The notes: generated from the sequence alone by a model not told the origin. Shown: positions 36,925 through 50,420, counted from the stretch's first letter. The stretch: 64,000 bases of DNA from Heterodontus francisci (GCF_036365525.1 NC_090379.1:110213350-110277349); one strand, 5' to 3'. Made by a program: numbers and translations.

Positions 36925-38692
36925 ACCCTGAAACCCTGAAACGTTAAGTCTGTTTCTCTTTCCACAAATGCTGCCTGATCTGTTGCCAAGATTTTCTGAT
37001 TTTATTATGGAAGATTATACTTCAGGCATCAGCAGTGTTTTCATCTACTTCCTTTAAATCCTGGGATGAAAACTGTCTAGTCCTAAGGATTTGTCAGTCT
37101 TTAGTGCCATTATTTTCTTCATGACTGTTAATTTGCTTGCATTAATTTTGGTGAATCCCCATCCTTGATTCAATATTAGTTTCCTTCAGATGTCCTGCAC
37201 GCTAACCTCTTCCTCTGTTGTAAATACTGATGCAAAGAAATTATTTAACCTATCTGTCATTTCCATATTTTCATTTATAATTTCATCATCATCAATTTTA
37301 AGATAAGGAGTCCACATTTCTCTTAACCACTCTCTTTTTCCAAATATAAATTTAAAACATTTTTGTGTTGATTTTGATATTCTTTGCAAGTTTCTTTTCC
37401 TACTCCCTTTTTGTAACTCTTACTGATTGTTGTGTCCCTTCCAAATACTGAATGGGGATAGGAGGGGGCAGATGTATTTGGTGGTGGCAGCAAGCGTGTG
37501 CTGGCAGAAATTGCAGAGAATGATCTGTTCAACGTGGAGGCTGGTGGGGAAACCTATCATGGTTCTGGAGGATTGAGGACAGAAGTGTGTGAAATGGAAT
37601 GAAAATTGTAAAGGGCCTTAATATCCTTGGTGAATACAAATCCTCGGTGGAAGAAATCGAAAGGCTTAAGGTGTGGAAGTGGTATCATCAGAACTGAGGT
37701 GATGGACACAGAGGAACTGCTAGCATAGTTAAGGAAGTGGATTGGGAGCATGGAAATCAAGGTAGCTGTGGGAGTCAGTGATTTTGTTTCAATCTTGCAT
37801 GGGATCTAGGCATCACTGGCAAGGCCAGCATTTGTTGCCCATCCCGAATTGTTCTTAACAACTGGGTGACTTGCCGAGCCATTTCAGAGGACTGTAAAAA
37901 GTCAACCACATTGCTGTGGGTCTGGAATCACATGTAGGCCAGATCAGGTAAGGACAGCAGATGTCCTTCACTACAGGACATTTGTGAACCAGATGTGGAT
38001 TTACAACATTCGATGATAGTTTCATGGCATCATTAATGATACTAGTTTTCGATTCTATTAGTTAATCGAATTCCATGAATTAATCGAATTTAAATTCCAC
38101 CAGTTGCCATGGTGGAATTTGAATCTATGTCACCGGGGAATTATCCTGGGCCTCTGGATTCCTCATCCAGTGACATTACCACTATGCCACTGTCTCCCCG
38201 CATAGATATTGTCTGACGGCCTATTACCTGAAATGAAGATAGAGAAGTTGCGGAAGGGAAGAGAAGAGTTGGTGATGGAGCTGGTTAAAGTGAGGCGTGG
38301 GTTCAAATTTTAATGCAAAGCTAATGAAACTGAAAAGTGTTAAATTGATGGAGAGATTCTGGTGAGACACAGATATAGGTTGGATGAGATTGGGCAGGGA
38401 GTGATAAACTATTCTCAAGATAGGAAGAAATAAGTTCGAGGTGACAAGAACAGGCTCATCCGATAGGTCTACCAGAGCAGCCCTGTTTGTGAACCTTGGA
38501 AAGGAAGGCAGGATGAGCAGAGTTGGGAGCTTTGAGCCCAGAGGCCAAAGTTGGAAAATCTCCAGAACAGATGAGGTCACTGATCGTCTGAGAATCAAAG
38601 TAGTTGCTGTGATCTGTTGCAGACTTGTGTGGAGTGTAAACATGTGAAGAAGCCCTGTAACCAGAATCAGTGATAGAAAGGTAGCTCTGATT

Positions 38693-39612
38693 TTAGGTGA
38701 TCTGCTTTAATTGTTTAACCAATTTAACAATTGCAGTGAATGGATATTTGACTGCATTCTTCAGCTGCTCTCTGAATTTAGTCTGGGTCACTGCATAAAT
38801 ACAGGTGTTGGTGCAGGTGCTCAAAAGCTGCAGCATGTAGCCAGATTGTTCAGTGATGTATGCAGGATCATGGGGACCTGTGTAATAATAAATGTCAGCA
38901 ATTCGCCAATAAAGGAAATATAGAACAGTTGTCATCCATAACAGTATAAAACTGCTAGATATAGTGAAGAGTAAAATGATGGATTTCCTTCGGTTCTCCA
39001 TCTCTGGGTCAGTGTGACTCTCACTCTTGCTGTGATCCAGTAGTTTCCTGCGGACTCTGCTGGCCACTAAAATGTGTCTGACAGTCAGAGCATTGAGCAG
39101 TAAAATCAGAACGAATGGAAGGAAAGGGGTTAAAATAGTACTGAGGATTTGAAATGTTACCCAGGCAGCTTCGGTGTAAAAGCTCAGTGATTCAATTGTC
39201 CCCCAGGGTACATTGTCAATTATATATTTAGGTTCATATATAAAGTACCAAGGAATATTTTTCAAACAGAACAACACACTCATTGTCATTACAATCGCAG
39301 CCACAGTTTCCTCTGTACAATATCTATTTTTCAGATTCTGGCAACAAATAGCAACAAATCGATCAAAGGTGAAAGCAACGGTAAACCAGACAGAAATGTC
39401 TGTGGCTGCAGAAAGCAGGACAAGTACGAGAGAACGTCCAGGAGTGGTGTCCAGGTAAGTACCTGGGAAATGAAAATGAACAAATCCAAACAGTATCACA
39501 TCAGTGAAGATGACCAGTAGATCTGCCACTGCCATGGCCACCAGGTAGTGAGTGATACATTTGGAGAGTCCGCACTTTCCTCGTGACAGGATCAGAATGG
39601 CCACTGAGTTAA
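38693..39612 (-). CDS. GPR139-like: GPR139-like GPCR paralog B, exon 2 (spliced product 330 aa)
   Basis: Open frame; LVAMAVADLLV (TM2), SVWFTVAFTFDRF (TM3), PFLPF (TM5), NTCIY (TM7); CAG acceptor at 39613-39615. Confidence 0.92.
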
Positions 39613-41809
39613 CTGGAATAAGTGGAACAAAAAACAAGAGAATTTCATATAACCATCTCAGAGAACATGGGAATGTCATAGGAACATTAGACTTGGCCAT
39701 TCAGCCCATCAAACTTGTTCTGCCATTCAATTAGATCATGACCGATCTGTACCTTAACGTCAATTAACTGCCTCGGTTCTGTAACCTGCAATACCCTCGT
39801 CTAACAAGAGTCTATCAGTCTCATTTTTGAAAATTGGAATTGTCCAAGCTTTAACAGCATTTTGGGGGGCGAGTTCCTGATTTCCACGACCCCGTTTGTT
39901 GGAAAGTCCTTCCTGATATCACCCCTGAATAGCCTCGCACTAATTTCAAGGTTACGTCCCCTTCTTCTGGACTCCCCCACGAGAAGAATTAGCTTCCATT
40001 TACCCAATCGAATCCTTTACAAAATTAAACATTTCACTTAGTTGACTCCTTAATCTTTGATATTCAAGGGAATACAAGCCTAGTCTTTGCAACCTGTGCT
40101 TATAATTTAAACCTTTCAGCACAGCTATCAGTCTTATGATTCTGCGTTTCACCACATCCAATGCCAATATATCCTTCCTGAGGTGAGGAACCCAGAACTG
40201 AATAGTTACTCCAAATGGGGTCTATCCAGAGCTCTGTACAGCTGTAATTTAACTTCTATCCCTTTGTATTCCAGCCAACCTAGAAATAAAGGATAGCATT
40301 CCATTAGGCATTTTATTTTGTTTTTCTATGTGTCCCCAAGCTTTTATTGATTGCTATGTTTGGACACCAAGTTTCTCTTCTGATCCACAGTTCTGAACTT
40401 GTCCCCATTTGAAATACTTTCAGCTATCTTTCTGAGGTTTGAGTTGAATGACCTCACACATTGTCATGCTAAACTCCATCTGCCATAGTTTTGCTCTCTC
40501 ACTCAAGCAATTAATCTCGTTTTAAAACATTCTGCTCCCATCTAACTTTGTATTGTCAGCAAACTTGCATATGCAATTCTCTATACCATCATCAAACTTA
40601 TTAATCGATGCAGTGAAAATCTGAGACTCCCTAATGCACCATGTTAGTTACCTCCGCAAAAAGCTCAACCAGGTTAGATATGACTTTCCATTTACAAATC
40701 TAGTTCCAGAAAGGGATCCCAGAGAGCAAGGGAGTTACACATAGTGATCTGAGAGGCAGGAAATTACAGCTCGTGATACCGGAGAGCAAGGCAATTACTG
40801 CTAGGGATTGAAGAGAGCATGGGATTTATGTATCACGATTCCAAAGACAGCGGTACACTCAGAAGAATTGTGTGGTTATTAAAAAAAGGACACTTGCATT
40901 TCTATAGCTCCATTCACAACCTCAGGGCATCACAAAGTGCTTTAAAGCCAATTAAGTACTTTTTCTTTGAGGTGTAGTCGCTGTTATAATGTAGGAAACG
41001 CAACAGCCATTTTTCACACAGCAAGCGCCCATCATCAGCAATGTGATAATGACCAGGAATGCTTCGCAATATCAAGGCAATTGAAGCATTTATAGCTTGG
41101 TCAGCATCTTGTTCTGGAGATGCATTTCAAAAATCAATAATTATTTTGGAACATAGTAAAGAAATGGTGGTGTGAATCTTAACAAATATCATAGTGCAAG
41201 GATCAGGGAAAGAACAGACTTGGATAACTGAAGAAGGTGAACTTCAGAATTAATTCAGATTTGCTGTTGTCACAGAGTTGAAAGTGTGTGAGGGGAGCCA
41301 GAAGATGAGACGATGGAACAAGGGATGATGGTTGATAAACACTGGTTTTAAAATTAGACAAGTCCTGACAGCAGAAGAGGCACCACCCTGGTTGTTCAGT
41401 TATTTATAGGATAGGGCCATTCCACCTGCTCAAAATATGACCCCAGTAAGAGTCAAGGGTAATATATCTACTTAAACATCCTGGTTCTGACACCACCTGC
41501 TGTTCACAAACTTATCATTTCTGGACACACTTCATGCCAACATTTAGTCCTGGATCTTCGAATGTAAACATTTATAATGCCATTTCCCTATGTAAACAGT
41601 TACCTTTTATGGCATGTTCCTGAATCAATCGAATCATTTAAAATACTAATTTAAAAATGTCTGGCATTTATCCCAATAACTGAAATCTGCAATCAGCAAA
41701 ATAGGGTTTTAAACAGAATTCTAAAAATTGAAAAAGAGATTTAGAAATAATATGGTTAAATTTACATTTCAAAAGATATTTTCTTACATTAAATGGTCAC
41801 TTGGCTTAC

Positions 41810-41882
41810 CAATAACTCCAACAACTGCAAGAATAGGATAGTAAATGTCTTCTATTTGATGCAATATTGTTGATTCACGCAT
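41810..41882 (-). CDS. GPR139-like: Paralog B exon 1 (MRESTILHQIEDIYYPILAVVGVI, 73 nt)
   Basis: ATG at 41882; G|GTAAGC donor; phase 1 joins exon 2 in frame. Confidence 0.9.
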
Positions 41883-41963
41883 TTTCTGTGCGATGTGATA
41901 GTTTCTGTTGGTGCCAGAGATAATAACTCTGTCTGATTACATGAAACATTCAGAGGAGCCATG

Positions 41964-42008
41964 TTTTTATACAGGAGGGAAATTTCCAGTGAGATGTCAG
42001 TTACATCA
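41964..42008 (-). promoter_or_regulatory. Paralog B promoter: TATAAAAA (41964-41971), GGGAAATTTCC (41977-41987), TGATGTAAC (42000-42008)
   Basis: Same spacing as in A and C; kB-like site is palindromic here. Confidence 0.65.
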
Positions 42009-42893
42009 TCATTAATATTAATTACAGTTCATTGAACAAACAATTGGAGACAATTATGTGAAATCTCACATGCTTATCACGGAATAAAAAATAATTAATT
42101 GGAGCTGGCACTGCCTTAAATGATGCTATTCCATAGAAAATATAATTGAATATGACCCTGATAGAGGGGTATTTTTTATCTGTGGCATTGAAATTTTCTA
42201 TGGACCATGTCCTTTCAGTTCAGTATTAAATGTCAGTATTTTTTAGACATTAGTATTGTTTTTTGACACAGAAAAAGTTAGCAAAACGTATTTCTGTGCT
42301 TTGCAAATCGAGGAGCTTAGGTATTAAAATATACACTTCTTGCAAACCTCATTTTCTACTTTGCAATCAGTAATCTTAAAGGACCTATACATTATAGATG
42401 GTGATACCTGTGGACACCTGTCTGTTGGAACAACAACTTGTATTTATACACCACCTATAACATAGAACGATTTCCCAAAAGCCTGACATAATCCGAAAAA
42501 AGATGGTGCTGAGCAAACGAATGAGAGATGAGGAGGGGTGACCATAGATTCATAAAATAGATGAGTTTAAAAGCCAGTCCATGCTGTTGTCACTTTCAGG
42601 TTTAATTATTCCGATACTTTCCCAGCTCGGCTCCTATTCTGCACATTCTAATAACTTCAGCTCATTGGAAAACTTCAGCCCATGTCGCTACACGCACCAA
42701 GTCCCTCACACTTATCAGTCCTATCCCTGTTGCCCTACATTTTCTTCTTGTGCTCCCATGGCTTCTAGCTCTCTGATGCCTCAAATTTAAAATGATCACC
42801 CCCATGTCTATACCCTTGCAGCTTCCCTTGTTCCTATCTTTGTAACCTCCTACCTTCCACCTCATCCCAGAAGTGTTTGTTTCTCTGATCTCT

Positions 42894-45800
42894 TATGCCC
42901 GCAGCTGCCCCCCTCACCCTCCCCCTGCGCCCGCCCGGTGAGTGCAGTGGCACATTCATCTCTGTCCTGCCTGTGTATCACTCCATGCCCTCAGTCTATC
43001 TTCTCAAGCCTACTCCATCACATCGCTCCTCACAGTCAGTTACCTCGCAGGTGCACTCATCCTCACTTTCTGTGCATTTCCTCACATGCCCATCTATCCA
43101 TTTACCACTGCCACTCACCCTTACTCTATGCAAATTCATGCCTCTCCCTCATAGTCACCCTTAACAAATGCACCCCATCCATCAGATGAGCACATGTCAT
43201 TACACTCACTCATAGGTCTCTTCTTTTCCTCCTTGCAGGAGAAGAGAGCACAGAATACCAAGAAGAGGGAAAAATGAGTGGGGATCCTTCGCAGATCATG
43301 CAGTGCACAACTGCGGAGGAGGAGGTGTGGAAATAAGTGGATTTGCAATGCCCCTGACTTTTGGAGATGGGCAGACAGGGAGCTCTCAGCTACCTGGTCA
43401 CACTCATATATCGTACAGCACTCAGTCATTTCCATTTGTTTTCAAGGGTTGGTGAAATATGATCATTTTCATCATGAAAACTTGCAACATTCTGACCTTG
43501 CCAGGATTAATTCATTTATTCTCACTCCCACAGGGCCTTTACATGTGCAGCAGAAGACCTGAGTACTTCTCAGGAGGCATAATCATGGAACACATTCACA
43601 CCGCACACCAATTCAGGTACTCACTCTTCAGTGGGAACAGTAAGAGCGATCGTTCAGTTTTCACCTGGAGTCTCACTACACATTTGAGTAAGAGCAGATG
43701 ATGGAGTCAGTGTAGTGTCCGTGTTGGAGGGTGCAGACTTTTCCAAGCTCTGCTTACCTGGACACTGATGCTGTTCGCCTTGGGCCATTGACAAAGAGGA
43801 GAATCATTGAGCATCAGCAAACAACGTTTGATGCACGAATGTGTCTTCGAAATCTACTCACCATTATTGCAGAGAGATGAGAGGAGTCCACCTCAAGAAT
43901 GAAGGTTGTAATGTGGCAGGCCACTGAGATGATTTCTTCTTCCATGGATAGAGTGACCAGCTCCATGGACTGTTATACAAGTGGTGGGCATGAACTGAAG
44001 ATTCGCACGTACTCCTCTTAATAGGAACAGACTGAAACTGTTGTGGCTGGGTTTAGAGGTGCATGCTTGTAATATGTATCTCTGTAAATAAAAACGTACA
44101 GTGTGTCTTAAGATTCGGCTCCCGTTCTATCCTTTACTGCCTGATTTTCTGGAGTAGAATATAGTAGCAGAGGATGGTTGCCGAAAAGTGAATGTTGGAA
44201 AGTATGAAAACATCTTTTTTCAGACATGAAACTCAAATCCTGATGGCCATTGAGGAAAATGGCAGAAAGCAAGTGCACGCACATGAGTATTCCTGGGTGA
44301 CAACTATGTCATGTTAAGTTTATCTATGTTTTCTAGAGTGTCAATCATCAGCCTTCATTGTTTGTAAATCACATTCCAACATGCCTTAATTGCCACTCTT
44401 AGAATTCCATAAGTCTTACAGCATTAGCAATGTGACCACTGACATCATTATCATGGCAATACGTATGAGGTTTTATTAGAAAAATGATGTCCCATGGGCA
44501 CTAGTGCACATTGTTGCTGGCATTCACTGAGGAGAGACAGATAGTATGGAGGTGGGAGACTACATGTATGATGGTGAGTATATTGGGCAGTCATATTACA
44601 TTGATTTCAGAGTCATTGAAAACTCATCATTATAAGGTTGTCCCTTGCCTCCCTTGTGCGTTGCTGACCATATCTGGCCTCCTTCACTGTGCGCTGATCT
44701 TCTGTTGCTACTTGGTCTTGTCTGTCCTCTGGATCCTCTTTGTCAGAGGATGTATAATGCTCACCCATGTCTTCCTCTTGCAAGTCCTTCTTCCTCTGTA
44801 GTGCAATATTATGTGGAGCGCAACAGACCACCACGATACACGCAACCCTTTCTGAGGGATACTGCAGGGATTGACCAGATCTATCGAGGCATTTGAACCT
44901 CATCTTCAGCAGACTACTGGGCTGCTCGATAGCCGTACGAATCTGTGGCAAGAATTGTAAAGCTCCTCTGCATCTTTACAAGGGTTTCTAACTGGCGTCA
45001 GAAGTCATATCTTCAAGGGCTAAACCTTATCCCTGAGAATCCACCCCTGAAGGTGAGCAGGGAGAGTGAAAGGTTGTGGTGCTGGAACTGGCCAAGTATA
45101 TAGATGTCATGGCAGCTTCTCAGAAATTGAGCACATACTTGTACAAGTGCTTTGGGGTTCGCAAACCAGTTGCACATTGATTGAATGAATCCCCTTCCTG
45201 TTGATGAAGGGAGATAGTTGGTTAATTGGGAGCCTTGATGGTGACACGTGTACAATCAATTACACCTAGTGAGAATTCCCGTTATGATGCCAAATCCGAT
45301 GGCCCTCTTGGCCTGACTCTCAGGTTCAGTCTGGTAGTGGACATATGCACCAGCCCTCTTGAACAGGCCATTGGTCACTTACTTGATGCAGCAGTGGGCT
45401 GCTGCCTGTGAGACCCCACACATGTCCCCAGTGGATCCCTGGAATGATCACAATGCCACAGGCCTAGGGTGATCGCCAGATTCCATTGGTCACAATTTGT
45501 CATTCAGAAGGCCACATAGGTCCATGATATGCTCTCTGGACAGCTGCAGTGTTCGCTGACAATTTTGTTTCAACATCTGCAGGTAGGTTAACTGGGTCTT
45601 GTGGACTCGCTGGTGTACTTGGGCTCTGCTCTGCCTTACCCGCTGCTGCTGTTCATCTCGGAGCTTCTTCCTGAACTACAGCTGCCTCTTGGGCCTGCCT
45701 CTAGTGGAGGTGTCTCAACATGGCTATTCCCCAGGGGAATTCAGCTTCCTTCCAAAGCAAAAATAAAACTCTCTGGCCAAAGTTTTGTCAATCTTTGCTT

Positions 45801-46321
45801 TGCAGGATGCCTGCGGTGTCTCTATAGGTTGGATTAATGTTAGTCGGACAAATTTTCCAAATGTGTGAGCCTTCACAATAATACCAACATCATTTAAGCA
45901 GCCCACTGTTGATGGAATCTCTCTACAGGACAGCCTGTGGCTGCCCCTACACCCAGGCAGGCAGGGAGGGCCTCTAGCCTGCCTGGAGCGGTGGGCTCAC
46001 CCTGGCCTGTCATTGTGAGGCCGTCTCCAGTCCCCTGTGGAAACCTGGAAACCAGCTGGAAAATTCCAGTCGATCTCCTTTAATTGACCTTATGAGACTC
46101 TTAATGAGCTGTAATGACTACCTGTCGTGTGTAGGTGGATAGCCCTGCCGACCCCCCCCCCCCAACCCAACCACCTCCCCCACCCCCACCCCACAATCCT
46201 GCCTCAGCAAAAATGGCCTGGAGGCCAGATGAAGTTGGGGACCCAGCACACTGGCCTGTGGGGCTTATGTACTCCCACCCACCTCCATTCCTGGCCCCAG
46301 TGAGAGGTCAAATTTCAACCC
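42894..46321 (-). mobile_element. Decayed PIF/Harbinger transposon (HARBI1-like transposase ~44560-45600 on minus)
   Basis: RTAIEQ..LLKMRFKCLDRSGQSLQYPSERVACIVVVCCAPHNIA; right end AAATTTCAACCC; left boundary uncertain. Confidence 0.75.
43971..44290 (+). mobile_element. Short LTR plus tRNA-iMet primer-binding site (5' end of an LTR retrotransposon)
   Basis: TGTTATAC start, AATAAA, then TAGTAGCAGAGGATGGTT at 44162-44179 (17/18 to TGGTAGCAGAGGATGGTT). Confidence 0.7.
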
Positions 46322-46599
46322 TTGGAGTCTGCAAATGGATACAGACAGGTTAAGTGAGTGAGAAAGACAAGTGGCAGATGAAATTTAATGAATAAAAGTG
46401 TGAAGTGATTCATTTTGATAGGAAGAACAAGGAGAAGCAATATAAATTAAAGGGTACAATTCTAAACGGGGTATATGTTCACAAATCATTGAAGGTTGGA
46501 GGGCAAGGTGAGAAAGTGGATAATAAAGGATGTGGGATCCTGGGCATTATAAATAGGAGCATGGAGTACAAAAACAAGGAATTTATGATGGACCTATAT

Positions 46600-48090
46600 A
46601 AAATTTTCCTGCATCTCCTCCAATCATTGCATCCCTCTATTTTCTAGATCCCTCTGGAATATATGTCCCTCGAGGACCCACTCTGGGCAATTGACCTTTG
46701 GGTGTAATAGCTCTGTTATGTGTGTAATGATCACTCAACATTACCACTATTCAGCCCTTGATCTACCACATTCTGCTCCGTAGGACCATCATCTCACATG
46801 AGCAGTTGAGGTACAAGGTGCCTTGTTTATTTGTATCAGCTGCACGAAGTCTAGGTTTTTGTAATTCATTCTGATTAATTGTGAGGAATGAACATTAACA
46901 GGCTGATTGCAATGTTTGATAAATACTGACTTACCATCTAGACCTACCATCTTACCAAGTTCTTTTCATTACCTATGACCCTCTTGTTTATGGTCGACAA
47001 AATCTCCTGAATTGAAATCTGTCTCAGGTGATGTAATAGGATGCTTCAGTGCTTCATGAATTATCCGGGTACTGCCTGTGTGGAGTTTGCAAGTTCTCCC
47101 TGTGTCTGCGTGGGTTTTCTCCGGGTGCTCCGGTTTCCTCCCACAAGCCAAAAGACTTGCAGGTTGATAGGTAAATTGGCCATTATAAAATTGTCACGAG
47201 TATAGGTGGGTGGTAAGGAAATATAGGGACAGGTGGGGATGTTTGGTAGGAACATGGGATTAGTGTAGGATTAGTATAAATGGGTGGTTGATGTTCGGCA
47301 CAGACTCGGTGGGCCGAAGGGCCTGTTTCAGTGCTATATCTCTAATCTAATCTAATCTCTCATACCTCTATCTTGATAGAAGCCTACCTCACTGCATTCA
47401 AATATGCAGAAAAAGTTAATTAATTGTAGTATCTTCTAAAGCAGGAGGACTATCACACAGCACAGAAGACAATCTGGGATTTCGCCTACAGACTAATTGA
47501 TAAGGAAATATTCTTCATCTATCTGGAGATAAAATTAGCCTGAGGCACCCATACCAAAGCAGTTCTCAATTTGCATTCTGGTTTTTCAGTTTAAATTTTG
47601 TGCTGCACCAACTCGATTAGCACATGATTCCTTTCACAAAGACCATTGCTAAAAAGTCTCTCAGCTGTGGTATTCAAGACCATGATATTCCTATCTTAAC
47701 ACATATCTCTGAACTCATCATTGGCAAATTCCCCTCCATTACCAGTCAGAAACTTTGCTGGTGTCACAGATCTAGTCTGCATAATTATGTTTATAATAAC
47801 CCTTTTGTTCCATGTTGTATTATTGTAGAAAGACTAAATCTGGTAGCCAGGTCTATAAAATGTAGAATGAAAATATTTCAGCCTTTGTCCCATACCTTCA
47901 GATCCATGGCAACTACCTTATTAAAGTCACGTACTGATGAAAGGCTTACAATAGGTTGTGATGGACAATACTCTTTACAGATTTCACAATTCTCACTGAT
48001 CTCATCCGTTCACCTCATACATTCCTCATCAACTACACCTGCATTCTTCAGCAGGAGTTGTAAGCATTGACAGGTCGGGAGAACAAATTC
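46600..48090 (-). mobile_element. LTR-retrotransposon integrase remnant, Copia-like
   Basis: Minus strand FNKVVAMDLKVWD..FILHFIDLATRFS, GDGGEFANDEF, FSNGLCERNH (DDE core). Confidence 0.7.
47064..47357 (+). mobile_element. 5'-truncated HE1-like V-SINE
   Basis: V-domain and (TCTAA)n tail. Confidence 0.9.
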
Positions 48091-48109
48091 ATAGAATCAT
48101 AGAGTCATA

Positions 48110-50420
48110 GGGATGAATTTTGGCAGCCCGTCGTTGCTCCCGGCAGCGGCACTGAAAGCGGGTGCTGTCACCGCATGTCATGTGTGCGGCCGAGTGACCC
48201 CGATCACGCAACAACTAATTAAAATAAGCGTGGCACAGGGCCATCCCATTGCAGAATAGCGGAAAACCACAAGGCGCCACGGGTGGCATCACATGACCAG
48301 AGCACATTTGCTGGCGCTATCTTTAAAGTGCTGCCATCCCAGTTGGTACTGCTGCCGTTCGCAGATGCAGTGAACCTGGAGCGCTGCTGTATCCCACTGC
48401 TGAGGCTGTAACTCCTGGACCCCCCTCTACCATTGCTTCTGCTGTAATTCCTAGACCTCCCTCTACCACTGCTGCTGCTGTTGTGACTCCTGGACCCCCT
48501 TCCACCACTTTTGCGACTCCTGCACCTCCCTGCTCCCCTTCGCCAGGACTGCAAACTGACCGGACAGAACTGGAGCCAAGTGGGATCATGTCCGAGACTA
48601 CACTTCAAGTGACCCGAGGGTTAGTGATCCATCCCTAGAAATTCTCCTCCAGGCGGCAAGGGGAAGGTGGGAAGTTCTCTTTCCAAGTGATGGAAAGGAG
48701 AGATCCTCCTGCCTGATCAGGCAAGCCTGGATGGAGATCGCAGGGGAGTTCAACAGCCATGGAGTCACCTCCTGGAACTGGGACAATGTCACAAGAACGT
48801 CAATGACCTCCTTCATTCTCTAAAGTTGCGTGCTGTATACCCATCTCCTCTTTGGAGTTTGTATGTGACTACGTGCAAGCGAGCGCTACATGGGGAAAGA
48901 GTGACCACTTAGGCAGTGGCAAGTGTGTGAGGCATCATCACATCCTGTAAGATGCATGGCTGCATCTTAGCAACAGACCGTCATCTTACACAGCTCAAAC
49001 CCATTATGTCTGCTGAGAGTGGGCATGGGGATCAGCCATTTAGGAGACTCCATCAGGGGATGAGAGGCTACCACTGGCATAAGTGTTTTGCTGCTCTTCG
49101 TGCGAAGTATAACTGTGTCCCTTTATCCACTTGCAGGAGAAAAGGGCCCAAACCACCAGCGAGACATCAAGGACTGGCAGTGGAATTCCTGATGCACGTC
49201 CTCTGATGTCTGAAGAGAAGTCTGTGGGGCTCACAGGGGCCCAGGGTGGCTGTGCAATCACGGACGGTGAGATTAATATGTCCACATAAGAGAGTGAGGA
49301 GACATTGTGTTCATGTTTCTTTCAACACACTTCTGAAGATCCACATCATGCATGGTTGGCATGAGGAGATCTGAACAACCTAACCTACAAATGTTTGTGT
49401 TCTTTCATGTAGGTCATGGCACATTGGAGGCAAACACGGCCGCTGAGACAAGGGGCCTGCTGTCGACCTCTGAGGAAGAGGTGGAACACTCACAGGATGC
49501 ACCATCACATCATTCCCCTGCACCTCCACCAGATACTCTCATGTTGATGGGTATGCACTTGGGCTTGGATTCGGGGTCACAAGCTGGTAAGAGAAACACA
49601 TAAGTGCCCGAGCAGCTGACGGAGACTGCGACAGTCGAGGCCACTGATAGTCAGAGGACTGTGGGAGGCCTGGTCCATGCTGAGCCCCAGGATGATGATG
49701 AGCCTCTAGTGTCTGCAGCACAGAACACGCTGGATTTGCAGAGAGAGAGAGGTAAGGGAACATCTGGCAGAGCTGCCAGAGGCCATGTTTAGTCATGCAT
49801 GGATGATAGAGGAATCCATCTATCCCATGAGTGATGCCATGTCTCAGGCGTGTGAGTGCATGCCTTCCTCCATTGAAATGTTGGCAAGCCTCAAGGAGAG
49901 CCAGATTCCACAGATGTGCGCAGACCTGCAAACCATCACCTTGGCCATGAGTTCAACACAGCAGTGGCAAGGCGAGAGAAGGATGAGGTGCCTGGAGTCT
50001 TCTACTGGTACTTATCCTTCTATGGTCAGCAGGGAGATTCAAGTGAGCCTTCAAAGGGAGGAGGAGTGGGTGACCTCCACAGCTTGGGGCTCCCCTCAGG
50101 GGGCTCTAAGTGTGGACAGCAGTCCTCAGCCCCTGCACCAGTGAGCCCAGCTCCAGCAGCCACGATGCCTGAGGAGACCCTCTTCAGGAATCCCTCAGCC
50201 AGTCGGGGTCCTCCAGGCCTCAGGCAGCCAGAGGACGACTGCCAAAGCCATCCCAGGGCAACAGGTGACCTGATCAGCAGTCTGCCTCCACCTCAGTTGC
50301 CTGTGCAGGGGTTGCACAGCCTAGAAGCACACGAAAGCGCATAAAGAAGAGCATCTGGAGCTTCACGGATGTATTATTTGTGGCCTTTGCATTGGTTCCT
50401 GCAATTGGTGCAATAAATGG
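48110..50420 (+). mobile_element. Harbinger-type element carrying a decayed Myb/SANT-like accessory ORF
   Basis: Starts GGGATGAATTTT; LEILLQAARGRWEVLFP...RQAWMEIAGEF..W near 48635-48800. Confidence 0.6.

Larger units (their letters stand above)
22719..41435. repeat. Tandem segmental duplication, copy 2
   Basis: Near-identical to 3998-22715; diverges after CCACCTGCTCAAAA at 41435. Confidence 0.97.

Noticed and set aside
44162-44179. tRNA-Met gene fragment
   Set aside because: Only the 18-nt 3' complement directly after an LTR, i.e. a primer-binding site
46150-46195. C-rich i-motif/G4 candidate (also 5900-5950, 16785-16803)
   Set aside because: Simple C/G runs within repeats, with no conservation among paralogs
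48219-48608. ORFs with repeated VEGGPGVT / SRS motifs
   Set aside because: Three short degenerate tandem units inside a Harbinger-like element; no gene context
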